DNA of 64,000 bases from a bacterium (GCA_021787535.1 JAJYLR010000001.1:492321-556320), one strand, 5' to 3'. Numbered from the stretch's first letter, positions 9,114 through 17,618 are shown. Notes: generated from the sequence alone by a model not told the origin. Numbers and translations: made by a program.

Positions 9114-9146
9114 GAGGCCCGACTCGTTCGGGTCTCTTTCTTTTTC
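9114..9146 (+). terminator. rho-independent terminator
   Basis: GAGGCCCGAC-TCGT-TCGGGTCTC hairpin then TTTCTTTTTC. Confidence 0.7.
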
Positions 9147-9156
9147 TCGTTCTGCC

Positions 9157-9188
9157 AGTGGTACACTAGACTAGTCTAGTGTACCACT
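9157..9188. promoter_or_regulatory. perfect 32-bp palindrome AGTGGTACACTAGACTAGTCTAGTGTACCACT (candidate operator/structured element)
   Basis: sequence equals its reverse complement over 32 nt. Confidence 0.4.
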
Positions 9189-9211
9189 TCGTGGGATTTA
9201 TCCGCCAAATA

Positions 9212-9256
9212 GATTCCCACCGGATGTTTACCCGACCTTTGGCGGGCGGGAATGAC
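9212..9256. repeat. palindromic repeat family B copy (reverse orientation) plus partial GTCATTCTGAGTC copy at 9264..9276
   Basis: rc reads GTCATTCCCGCCCGCCAAAGGTCGGGTAAACATCCGGTGGGAATC, ~90% identical to 7760..7805. Confidence 0.65.
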
Positions 9257-9271
9257 AAAGGTGGACTCAGA

Positions 9272-10219
9272 ATGACATTGTTTTATAATGGTATTATGAA
9301 AACTTTGATAATAGTGGTTTTAATATTTTTAGATATCATTCCTCATGGCGTTCCATTTGTCTCTGATATCCAGAAAAGTCTTGAAAATAATGTTAAGGTG
9401 GAGACACATCAAGTAGCAGACAACACTAATGAACCACTCAACTTTTCACCTCTGCCGTACCAAAACAATAAATATTACACCCTGACCGCAAGCGCCAAAG
9501 CCTACATGGTGGTTGACATGGGCACGGGGGAGATATTGTTACACCATGCAGAGGACAGTCCTCTGCAAATCGCCAGCCTGACGAAACTAATGACTGCGCG
9601 ACTGCTTTTGAAAGATGGCGACTTATCCAAAACCATTACTGTTAGGGCAAGTGATTTAAATAAGGTCCCGGCAGAAGAAGCCAGGATGTGGCTGGCCGCG
9701 GGCGACAAAGTGACGTACAACACCCTGCTCCACGGGCTTTTAATCAACTCCGGGGCCGATGCTGCTGTAACCATTGCCGACAATCTGTACCCGGGCGGGT
9801 ATAACGAATTTATTAGCAAAATGAACGAAGAAGCGGCAAATCTCAACTTGAAAAACACCCATTTCGATAACCCCGTCGGTTGGGATAGCGCAAGCAACTA
9901 TTCCACCGCCCAAGACCTGCAAATCCTGGCAAGAACATTGCTTCAAAATGATACTTTTAAGAAAATCGTCGGCACAAAGAGCGAAACGGTCTACTCTGAG
10001 AATGGCAGACCGTACAATCTGCAAAATACCAACGAACTTCTAAACGGCACTACGGTTTTTGGCATCAAAACCGGCTTTACAAACGGTGCCGGGCAGTGCC
10101 TCATCGCTGCCGGAAAAGTCAAGGGTCAGAATGTTTTAACGGTTGTTTTGGGTACGGGAGATAGGTTTGGCCAGACAAAAAACCTTCTCGAATGGACTGA
10201 TTTAGTGTATAATTGGTAG
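9272..10219 (+). CDS. D-alanyl-D-alanine carboxypeptidase paralog (peptidase S11)
   Basis: signal-like N-terminus MTLFYNGIMKTLIIVVLIF; SxxK (ASLTK), SGAD (SxN-like), KTGFT; ORF-track N-terminal extension rejected (runs through repeats/palindrome). Confidence 0.8.
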   Translation: MTLFYNGIMKTLIIVVLIFLDIIPHGVPFVSDIQKSLENNVKVETHQVADNTNEPLNFSPLPYQNNKYYTLTASAKAYMVVDMGTGEILLHHAEDSPLQIASLTKLMTARLLLKDGDLSKTITVRASDLNKVPAEEARMWLAAGDKVTYNTLLHGLLINSGADAAVTIADNLYPGGYNEFISKMNEEAANLNLKNTHFDNPVGWDSASNYSTAQDLQILARTLLQNDTFKKIVGTKSETVYSENGRPYNLQNTNELLNGTTVFGIKTGFTNGAGQCLIAAGKVKGQNVLTVVLGTGDRFGQTKNLLEWTDLVYNW

Positions 10220-10224
10220 TCATT

Positions 10225-10249
10225 GTCATTCCGGACTTGATCCGGAATC
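10225..10249. repeat. palindromic repeat GTCATTCCGGACTTGATCCGGAATC
   Basis: family member; tandem with next. Confidence 0.65.
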
Positions 10250-10265
10250 CAGGTTTATTAGTATA

Positions 10266-10290
10266 GATCCTGAATCAAGTTCAGGATGAC
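10266..10290. repeat. palindromic repeat GATCCTGAATCAAGTTCAGGATGAC (family, reverse orientation)
   Basis: rc GTCATCCTGAACTTGATTCAGGATC. Confidence 0.6.
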
Positions 10291-10299
10291 AGAAGAATC

Positions 10300-11727
10300 A
10301 TGTACAAAGTAGCACTGATCGGAAAACCAAACGCCGGGAAAAGCACTCTTTTTAACACTTTGCTTAAAAAGAGACAAGCTATTACCACAAATATACCCGG
10401 CACAACCCGCGACTGGAACGAAGAAGCCGCTTCTTTTGATGGCTCCCAATTTATTCTAGCCGATACGGCCGGCATAGAGCTAAAAGTTCCGAAAGGCGAC
10501 GAACTGAAAGAAAAGGCCTATAAGAAAATCCGGCAAAACTTAAGCACAGCTGATCTTTTTATTTTTGTGGCAGATAGAGAAACCGGTATCACAGAAGAAG
10601 ACCGAAAAATTATTAAAGAAGTCAGAAAATATGGCAAAGACATCTTGCTTGTCGTAAATAAAATTGACAGCCCGAGGAATAAGCCATCTTTGGCAGAGTT
10701 TCATAAACTGGGACTCGGCGAACCGCTTGGGGTCTCAGCCGAGCATAAAAGGGGAATCGAAAATCTTTTGAATGAGATACAGAAACGAATTCCTTCTCCT
10801 GTCATCCCGAGCGAAGCCGAGGAATCCCTTATTAATCGAGAGAGAAATGGATTTCTCCATTCGTCACTCCTTGATGTCAGTCGAAATAACAAAGAGATCA
10901 AGGTGTCTATTCTTGGCCGGCCAAATGCCGGGAAATCATCGTTTCTAAATAAACTGATTAATGAAGAAAAGTTCATCGTCAGCGATATACCGGGTACTAC
11001 GAGAGACGTGAATTCAACTTATCTCGATCATGAAGGCCAGGTAATTAAATTTCTAGATACAGCAGGTCTCAGGCGCCGGGGCAAGATAGGCAAAATGCCC
11101 GGTAAAGGCAAGGAGGGTCTCATAGAAAAGTTCTCCGCTGACCGTGTCAGAAAAACCTTGGAAGAGTCCGACATCGCGCTTTTAGTTCTAGATCCGACCG
11201 AACCGATAACTTCACAGGATCTGCACGTGGCGGGCTATATCAAAGATGCGTATAAGGGAATCATAGTAGTTGTAAATAAATGGGATCTGGCAAAGGAAGA
11301 AAAGCTGGCTCACGGATATGATACGGTTGAGAAGTTTTCTCGCCTCGCTCAGCATAAACTCGACTTCCTGCCGTATGCGCCTATCATTTTTGTTTCTTCG
11401 CTGACCGGTAAAAACGTTTCCAAAGTTTTGGATCTTATTCTGGAAATCAAAAAAAGACGAGAACAAAAGATTCCTACCAGCGATTTAAATAGTTTATTAA
11501 ATGAGTCAATGGCTAGAAAGAAGCCGCAAAGCGTAGATAAACATCAGGTCAATATAAAATACGCCACGCAAACAGGCGTAAACCCTCCAGAGTTTATATT
11601 CTTTGCAAACTATCCTCAAAAAGTGCATTTTTCATACCGCCGATTTCTGGAAAACCGCATTCGGGAAAAGTGGGGCTTCACCGGTACCCCGATAAGAATT
11701 ATTTTCAAATCAAAAAGTAAGCCATAA
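10300..11727 (+). CDS. der: ribosome-biogenesis GTPase Der (EngA), tandem GTPase domains + KH-like domain
   Basis: two P-loops GKPNAGKST and GRPNAGKSS, DTAG motifs, NKxD (NKID/NKWD). Confidence 0.9.
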   Translation: MYKVALIGKPNAGKSTLFNTLLKKRQAITTNIPGTTRDWNEEAASFDGSQFILADTAGIELKVPKGDELKEKAYKKIRQNLSTADLFIFVADRETGITEEDRKIIKEVRKYGKDILLVVNKIDSPRNKPSLAEFHKLGLGEPLGVSAEHKRGIENLLNEIQKRIPSPVIPSEAEESLINRERNGFLHSSLLDVSRNNKEIKVSILGRPNAGKSSFLNKLINEEKFIVSDIPGTTRDVNSTYLDHEGQVIKFLDTAGLRRRGKIGKMPGKGKEGLIEKFSADRVRKTLEESDIALLVLDPTEPITSQDLHVAGYIKDAYKGIIVVVNKWDLAKEEKLAHGYDTVEKFSRLAQHKLDFLPYAPIIFVSSLTGKNVSKVLDLILEIKKRREQKIPTSDLNSLLNESMARKKPQSVDKHQVNIKYATQTGVNPPEFIFFANYPQKVHFSYRRFLENRIREKWGFTGTPIRIIFKSKSKP

Positions 11728-11732
11728 AAGTC

Positions 11733-11760
11733 TTGACAATCTCTTCACTTAGTGTATAAT
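11733..11760 (+). promoter_or_regulatory. consensus sigma70 promoter TTGACA-N16-TATAAT
   Basis: read directly. Confidence 0.5.
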
Positions 11761-11836
11761 ATAATGTCTGGTGAGAAAAGTATGGAAGCTTAACTCACCG
11801 GGCACGTACCTGAAAATCACTACCCAAGGAGGGGTC

Positions 11837-12097
11837 ATGAGTAAAACTGAAAGGTTTTGGGCAATCCTCGGTGCGGTCGGTCGAGGACTTTGGTGGTGTT
11901 TCAGACACCCAAAAGAGACGGCCGCCTCGCTCATAATATCCTTTTTCCTTTTAACTCTTTTCGTTAGCATCTTCTCTGAAAATTTAGCTAACGAAATCTT
12001 CGGTCGGGTATTATACACGATCGGAGTCCCTGTGATTATTAGCATTGCGCTATATATGATCATTGCAGGGAAGAAACCGGGGAAAAAGAAGGATTGA
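11837..12097 (+). CDS. hypothetical small membrane protein (86 aa)
   Basis: ATG with perfect AAGGAGG SD 6 nt upstream; two hydrophobic helices; lysine-rich C-terminus. Confidence 0.45.
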   Translation: MSKTERFWAILGAVGRGLWWCFRHPKETAASLIISFFLLTLFVSIFSENLANEIFGRVLYTIGVPVIISIALYMIIAGKKPGKKKD

Positions 12098-12191
12098 TGA
12101 ACCCAAAAACCAACCACAATCATGGACGGCAGAGATTTTATTGGTATCTTATACCTCTAATTCTCTCGCCGTCCTTTCTTTTGAAAAAGTA

Positions 12192-12220
12192 TTGACAAAT
12201 ATTTTTTATGATGTATAATG
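12192..12220 (+). promoter_or_regulatory. consensus sigma70 promoter TTGACA-N17-TATAAT
   Basis: read directly; drives GC-rich non-coding region. Confidence 0.55.
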
Positions 12221-12226
12221 GTAATC

Positions 12227-12587
12227 ATTGTTTGGTGTTTTACTGAGCCCATTGTCACGAAAAGAGAATCCCGAATTTCAAAAAAAGAACGTGAGTTTGA
12301 TAAGATGCCAAACATGACCTTTACACTTTCTCCTCAGTTCTCGGCGCCTCGCCGCCGCTTTGCGTTTATGCGTTCAGGGGGCGCAGGATGAAAAAAATAA
12401 GTCGAGAAGGAGAGGAGAAAGAAGCAGCGATTTTTCCGCGGAGAATCGCTGCGAGCAGTGGGAATTTTGGCAACATGAAGTCGACCGCCAATCTCACTGC
12501 ACCTCGCAAGGGATAGTTTATTTATCTGCACATGGCGGATAAATTGTTCTTGCGGGGCGAAAGGGGCGCATATGCGCCCCTTTTTTT
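12227..12587 (+). ncRNA. candidate structured non-coding RNA (~360 nt), unidentified class
   Basis: bounded by consensus promoter and strong terminator; locally GC-rich (>55%) in AT-rich genome; multiple complementary segments (CTTTCTCCTC/GAGGAGAAAG; GCAGCGATT/AATCGCTGC 9-bp stem); no convincing ORF. Confidence 0.35.
12563..12587 (+). terminator. rho-independent terminator
   Basis: 18-bp perfect palindrome GGGGCGCATATGCGCCCC followed by TTTTTTT. Confidence 0.8.
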
Positions 12588-12588
12588 A

Positions 12589-12617
12589 TTTACTTGGATT
12601 AGCCAAAACGATAAAAT
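12589..12617 (+). promoter_or_regulatory. putative promoter TTTACT-N17-TAAAAT, leaderless (ATG 7 nt downstream)
   Basis: read directly. Confidence 0.35.
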
Positions 12618-12624
12618 ATTAATT

Positions 12625-13245
12625 ATGAAAGTAAAAACGCTTATAGTAGGATTAGGAAATCCGGGTGAAAAATACGAAAAAACCCGACATAATGCAGGAT
12701 TTATGGTGCTGGACGTGCTCTGCAATAATTTTAAATTTGAAAAAAAATTTAATGCGGAAGTTTGCCGGCTCTCCTCCTGTCATTCCCGCGAAGACGGGAA
12801 TCTAGATTCTGAACAAGCCAGAATGACAAATGAAGGAGATATTATTTTGATGAAACCCCAAACCTTCATGAATTTATCAGGCGAGGCAGTCCAATCTTTT
12901 GCCGGTTATTACAAGATTCAACCAGGAAATATTTGGATAATCCACGATGATATAGATATTCCGTTTGGAGAAATTAGAGTGAAAAAAGGCGGTTCTTCGG
13001 CCGGACATAAAGGAGTTCAGTCGATAATTGAAAAAATGGGCACAGAAGATTTTTGGAGGTTTCGAGTTGGCGTTAAAAATAATGATTTAGCAAGAATAGA
13101 AACTGAGGATTTTGTACTGCAAAGATTTAACCCTGATGAAGCAGGAGTTTTGGATAAAATAATAAATTTAGCTGCAGATGAAATAAAACTGTTTTTAAAG
13201 GAGGGAACACTTGAGGCAAAAACTCTAAAATTGAATAAAAAATAA
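12625..13245 (+). CDS. pth: peptidyl-tRNA hydrolase (with in-frame palindromic-repeat insertion)
   Basis: MKVKTLIVGLGNPGEKYEKTRHNAGF ... KPQTFMNLSGEAV Pth signature; ~20-aa insert CRLSSCHSREDGNLDSEQARMT encoded by repeat 12779..12827. Confidence 0.85.
   Translation: MKVKTLIVGLGNPGEKYEKTRHNAGFMVLDVLCNNFKFEKKFNAEVCRLSSCHSREDGNLDSEQARMTNEGDIILMKPQTFMNLSGEAVQSFAGYYKIQPGNIWIIHDDIDIPFGEIRVKKGGSSAGHKGVQSIIEKMGTEDFWRFRVGVKNNDLARIETEDFVLQRFNPDEAGVLDKIINLAADEIKLFLKEGTLEAKTLKLNKK
12779..12827. repeat. compound palindromic repeat GTCATTCCCGCGAAGACGGGAATC + TAGATTCTGAACAAGCCAGAATGAC inside pth
   Basis: two family members fused; in frame. Confidence 0.7.
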
Positions 13246-13348
13246 GAAGAGAGCATAAAACTCTCTTCTTATTTTCAAAAAATCTCCCATTGATCAACAT
13301 CTGTCACGGAGACTTAGCCAAGTCACTGCCCATAGGCTGACTGGTGTG

Positions 13349-13436
13349 TTGTAGGGAGAAACCTACCAACAAGCAAGCAACTTAAAGGAGGGTGATTTAA
13401 GAAAGCTGAACTTGTTAGTAGGTTTCCGCCCTACAA
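13349..13436. repeat. long imperfect inverted repeat (25-bp arms, ~37-nt loop containing AAGGAGG)
   Basis: TTGTAGGGAGAAACCTACCAACAAG vs CTTGTTAGTAGGTTTCCGCCCTACAA. Confidence 0.45.
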
Positions 13437-13540
13437 AATCCCGCACCAAAAGGACTTTGAAATCCTTTCTTAGGTACGATAGAACATATTAACATATTAA
13501 AGTACTTATGTCAATACTTTTTTAATAAAACTCATGTTTT

Positions 13541-14641
13541 GTGCTTAAAATGAACGAAAAAAAGCTTAAAAAGAATAGAAAATATCTGCTGGCTCTGGAC
13601 ATCGCCTTGAACACTTTTGGATTTGAAAGATTGAAAAAAATAGAGAAAAGCGGTCTGAATTTTGAGGAAGTTTGGGAAATGCCCGCCGGACAGCTAAAGC
13701 AGAAATTGGGCAAATATAACTTTGTTGAAAAGTTGGCCAGCGAACGGGGGAAAATATACCCGGACACAGAGATTGAGAAACTGGAAAAACAAAAAATTGG
13801 CTTTATTACTATTTATGACGAAGAATATCCCAAAAATTTGAAGGAGATTTTCTCGCCTCCGGTTATTCTTTATTATAAGGGCGACTTAAACGTCTTAAAC
13901 GAAGTGTGTTTGGCAGTGGTGGGTTCGAGAAAATACACGACGTATGGGAAAAATGCTGCAGAAAAACTAGTTTACGGTTTATCTGAAAGCGGATTTACGA
14001 TCGTAAGCGGGATGGCCCTCGGGATAGACACATTTGCTCACACCTCTGCACTAAATGCCGAGGGTAAAACAGTAGCAGTGCTCGGATGCGGGCTTAACCA
14101 GCCATATCCTTCATCAAATACAAATCTTTTCCGGCAAATCATAAACTCCGACGGACTAGCACTTAGTGAATACATGCCGGGGAAACCGCCTCTCCCGCAG
14201 CATTTTCCAGCGAGAAACAGGATTATTTCCGGCCTTTCCAAAGGCATCCTAATAATAGAAGCGGGGATAAGGTCAGGGGCTCTTATAACCGCAAGAGATG
14301 GTCTGGAGCAAAACAAAGATATTTTTACCGTGCCCGGGCCGATATTCGGTGAATCTTCAAGCGGTACGAACCAGCTCTTGAAAATGGGAGCAAACCCGGT
14401 CACACAAGCAGAAGATATTATTGAATATTACGGCTATAAAACTAAGCCAAAGATAATATTAAAGCCGTCAAACAATACCGAAAAGGCTATTTTTGAAGCA
14501 CTGAATAAAGAAAAAATGCACGTTGATGACATTATTAAACACGCAAAACTTGAAAGCCAGCTGATTATTTCGACCTTGACACTTATGGAAATAAAAGGTA
14601 AGGTAAAAAACTTAGGAGGCATGGTTTATTGTTTAAATTAA
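13541..14641 (+). CDS. dprA: DNA processing protein DprA (Smf)
   Basis: VVGSRKYTTYGKNAAEKL...GMALGIDTFAHTSAL...VAVLGCGL Rossmann DprA core; C-terminal winged-helix extension. Confidence 0.85.
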   Translation: MLKMNEKKLKKNRKYLLALDIALNTFGFERLKKIEKSGLNFEEVWEMPAGQLKQKLGKYNFVEKLASERGKIYPDTEIEKLEKQKIGFITIYDEEYPKNLKEIFSPPVILYYKGDLNVLNEVCLAVVGSRKYTTYGKNAAEKLVYGLSESGFTIVSGMALGIDTFAHTSALNAEGKTVAVLGCGLNQPYPSSNTNLFRQIINSDGLALSEYMPGKPPLPQHFPARNRIISGLSKGILIIEAGIRSGALITARDGLEQNKDIFTVPGPIFGESSSGTNQLLKMGANPVTQAEDIIEYYGYKTKPKIILKPSNNTEKAIFEALNKEKMHVDDIIKHAKLESQLIISTLTLMEIKGKVKNLGGMVYCLN

Positions 14642-14653
14642 GTCCGCTCAATT

Positions 14654-14695
14654 GTCATTCAGACCGCTACCACTTTAGTGGAAAGTGGAGGAATC
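14654..14695. repeat. palindromic repeat GTCATTCAGACCGCTACCACTTTAGTGGAAAGTGGAGGAATC
   Basis: family termini with internal CCACTTT/AAAGTGG palindrome. Confidence 0.5.
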
Positions 14696-14772
14696 CCTCC
14701 CAAAAAAATAACCAATGACCAATTTCCAATATCCAACCAAATCCTAACTTTCAAATTATTGGAAACACAACT

Positions 14773-14796
14773 GTCATTCCCGCGAAGACGGTAATC
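14773..14796. repeat. palindromic repeat GTCATTCCCGCGAAGACGGTAATC
   Basis: one mismatch relative to copy in pth. Confidence 0.65.
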
Positions 14797-14856
14797 CAGA
14801 AAATGGCTTAGGCAATAAAAGATTCTCGTTTTTATGGCAATAACATAGTAGGAAAA

Positions 14857-15534
14857 ATGATTAACGAAACCGGAAGAAATATATATGATGAGCGGCCAGC
14901 CGATCTTGACTTAAAGGAGCATCAAGACCTAACCAATAGCCCACGTATTGAAATACTGAGAAAAGGATTTGAAGGCAGCACAAATGAACTGGAAGAGCTC
15001 CTAGAAAAGCATAATATTCCGCAAATGGTTAGTAATATAACCGGCCTGGATTGGAAAACTGCCTCTATTAAGCTAAGGCATACTGAGAGTCAGGCAGATT
15101 GGGAAGGAGATGATACTGTACTGGTAAACTTGGATCATGGGCCCTACTGCATAAGCGGCCTTTCCCATGAAATGGTTCATTTGCTTTTCCGCCAGAACAA
15201 CTGGCTTGAGTCCACTGAAATTTCTAAATTTATAGAAAATCATCCTGAAATGAGGGAATATTCTGCAGGAAAAGATGGCTATCCCATAGAACAAATGGTC
15301 GCATACCTCGTGCAGGATGAAATATGCAAGAAAATCGGTAAAAAAGAGGGTCTAAATATACTAGCCGAAACCGGCGGGCACGGAGATTTTGAAAAGATTT
15401 TAGATACAGAGTATGGTTCAGACATTAAAAAGAAGATAGGCAAAACAATGATGGAACGATGGACAAAGCTAGAAGATTATTCGGATGTGCTAAAATGGAT
15501 TGAATCATTGCTCAAGGAGATTGATAATGGCTAG
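14857..15534 (+). CDS. hypothetical protein with HEXXH motif (putative zinc metallopeptidase-like)
   Basis: SHEMVHLL HExxH; no other recognisable domain; stop overlaps topA start. Confidence 0.4.
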   Translation: MINETGRNIYDERPADLDLKEHQDLTNSPRIEILRKGFEGSTNELEELLEKHNIPQMVSNITGLDWKTASIKLRHTESQADWEGDDTVLVNLDHGPYCISGLSHEMVHLLFRQNNWLESTEISKFIENHPEMREYSAGKDGYPIEQMVAYLVQDEICKKIGKKEGLNILAETGGHGDFEKILDTEYGSDIKKKIGKTMMERWTKLEDYSDVLKWIESLLKEIDNG

Positions 15535-17512
15535 AAACCTAGTTATCGTCGAGTCGCCGGCAAAGTCGGCAACAATTGAAAAATACTTGGGGCCTGACTA
15601 CAAAGTTATGGCCAGCTATGGCCATGTCCGGGATTTGCCTAAAAGCCGGCTCGGCGTTGACGTAGAACATGACTTTGAACCGGAATATATCATTCCCATG
15701 AAGGCCAAGAAAAACCTGAACAATATTAAAAAGCAGGCAAAAGAAGCAAACATGGTGCTCCTGGCAACAGACCTTGACCGAGAAGGAGAGTCCATCGCCT
15801 GGCACATAGCCGAGTCCATCGATAACAAACATATAAAAAGAATCACTTTCTCGGAAATCACCAAGGACGCCATCCTGGAAGCCGTCAAAAATCCTGGCTC
15901 TCTAAATGAAGACCTCTTCAACGCGCAGCAAGCAAGACGTGTTCTGGACCGACTCGTCGGCTATTCTTTGAGCCCGCTGCTTTGGCAAAAAGTGCGAAGA
16001 GGACTGTCCGCCGGCCGAGTGCAATCCGTGGCTGTAAAGATAATTGTAGACCGGGAAAGAGAAATTCAAAACTTCAAACCGGAGGAATACTGGGAAATTT
16101 CTGTGGAACTGGATAAAAATCAGAGTAAATATCTCGCTCATTTAATTAAAATAGATGGAAAAAATGCAGAAATTAAAAACGAAAAGGAAGCCAAGAAAGT
16201 TGAATCAGATGTTCAAAACAAAACTTTCAAAGTCACAGATGTAACGAAGAAAGAAGTCAAAAGATCGCCGGCTCCGCCCTTTATAACCTCAACACTTCAG
16301 CAAGAGTCGGCAAGAAAACTGGGATTTTCAGCCAAGAAAACCATGATGCTCGCCCAACAGCTCTATGAAGGTATTAACGTAGGCAAAGGCAGCGAAGGCC
16401 TTATTACCTACATGAGAACAGACTCTCTAAATCTGTCGGCGCAGGCAAGAAGTCAAATTAAAGAATATCTTTTAAATAACTTCGGCAAAGATTACGTGAG
16501 CGAAAAGGCCAGAGTGTATAAAAAAAGCAAAGGCGCCCAGGAAGCGCACGAAGCTATCCGGCCGACGCACATCACCAACACTCCGGAAGCTATCAAAAGC
16601 TACCTAACGCCGGATCAGCTGAAACTTTATGCCCTGATATTTAACCGGACACTGGCTTCACAAATGTCGGATGCCAGATATATGCAAATCAGCGCCAAGA
16701 TCTCTGCCGGGAAATATCTTTTCAGGACAGGCGGAAGAGATCTGCTTTTCGACGGCTTCATGAAGGTTTACCTGGAAAAAGCAGAAGCCGAGGAAAAAGA
16801 CGCCAAGTTCTCAAATCTGAAAGAACTGGCCAAAGATGATATTTTGAAATATTTAAAGACGATTTCGGAGCAGAAGTTCACCTTAGCCCCTCCGAGGTTT
16901 ACCGAAGCGTCTTTAATTAAAGTGCTTGAAGAAAACGGCATCGGCCGGCCCTCGACTTACGCGCCGACTATTTCGACCATTATCGACCGCGGTTACGTAA
17001 AGCTGGAGGAACGGCGATTTCACCCTACCGAAATTGGTTTCATCGTTACGGATATGTTGAGTGAAAATTTCCCATTTGTCGTAAACGTAGACTTCACTGC
17101 GAACATCGAAAACGAACTTGATGAGATAGCGATCGGCAAAATGAAGTGGCAAAAAGCCATTGGCGAATTTTATCATCCTTTCAAGGAAGAGCTGGATAAA
17201 AAATCCGAGAAGATCGAGAGGGTGAAAATGCCGGAAAAGGAAACGGATGAGAAATGCGAGAAATGCGGCGGCCCGATGGTGATCAAGCTCGGAAGGTTCG
17301 GAGAGTTCATGGCCTGCAAAAATTTCCCCGAGTGTAAGTTCACCAAGGCAATCGTCAAAGGTACCGGTGTCAAATGTCCCGAGTGTGAAGAAGGAGACAT
17401 TATCGAACGAAAAACCCGGAAAGGCAGGACCTTCTGGGGCTGTTCCCGCTATCCGGACTGCAAATACGCTACCTGGCAAGACCCGCGAAAGAAAAAAGGA
17501 GCTTCAAGTTAA
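15527..17512 (+). CDS. topA: DNA topoisomerase I
   Basis: Toprim NLVIVESPAKSATIEKYLG, catalytic Tyr region GLITYMRTDS, C-terminal Cys4 zinc ribbons (CEKCGGPM, CPECEEGD). Confidence 0.9.
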   Translation: MARNLVIVESPAKSATIEKYLGPDYKVMASYGHVRDLPKSRLGVDVEHDFEPEYIIPMKAKKNLNNIKKQAKEANMVLLATDLDREGESIAWHIAESIDNKHIKRITFSEITKDAILEAVKNPGSLNEDLFNAQQARRVLDRLVGYSLSPLLWQKVRRGLSAGRVQSVAVKIIVDREREIQNFKPEEYWEISVELDKNQSKYLAHLIKIDGKNAEIKNEKEAKKVESDVQNKTFKVTDVTKKEVKRSPAPPFITSTLQQESARKLGFSAKKTMMLAQQLYEGINVGKGSEGLITYMRTDSLNLSAQARSQIKEYLLNNFGKDYVSEKARVYKKSKGAQEAHEAIRPTHITNTPEAIKSYLTPDQLKLYALIFNRTLASQMSDARYMQISAKISAGKYLFRTGGRDLLFDGFMKVYLEKAEAEEKDAKFSNLKELAKDDILKYLKTISEQKFTLAPPRFTEASLIKVLEENGIGRPSTYAPTISTIIDRGYVKLEERRFHPTEIGFIVTDMLSENFPFVVNVDFTANIENELDEIAIGKMKWQKAIGEFYHPFKEELDKKSEKIERVKMPEKETDEKCEKCGGPMVIKLGRFGEFMACKNFPECKFTKAIVKGTGVKCPECEEGDIIERKTRKGRTFWGCSRYPDCKYATWQDPRKKKGASS

Positions 17513-17542
17513 TGGCTATATCGTGCAAAATATGAGCATTTT

Positions 17543-17570
17543 GTCATTCTGAGCGCAGCCAAAGAATTAG
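17543..17570. repeat. palindromic repeat GTCATTCTGAGCGCAGCCAAAGAATTAG
   Basis: family termini. Confidence 0.5.
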
Positions 17571-17618
17571 AAAGGCGACGACACTGCTTTACTAAACTAC
17601 ATTAGTTTATTAAAAAAG

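Noticed and set aside
9179-9271. N-terminal 31-aa extension of the second D,D-carboxypeptidase in the ORF track
   Set aside because: Extension runs through the 32-bp palindrome and palindromic repeats; the signal-peptide-like start is at 9272.
11749-12123. 124-aa minus ORF overlapping the 11837..12097 gene
   Set aside because: Antisense to an ORF with a perfect SD and TM-helix pattern; no signals of its own.
12334-12542. 60-65-aa ORFs on both strands inside the GC-rich region
   Set aside because: Mutually overlapping, no SD, and composition-driven; the region is better explained as a structured RNA between promoter and terminator.
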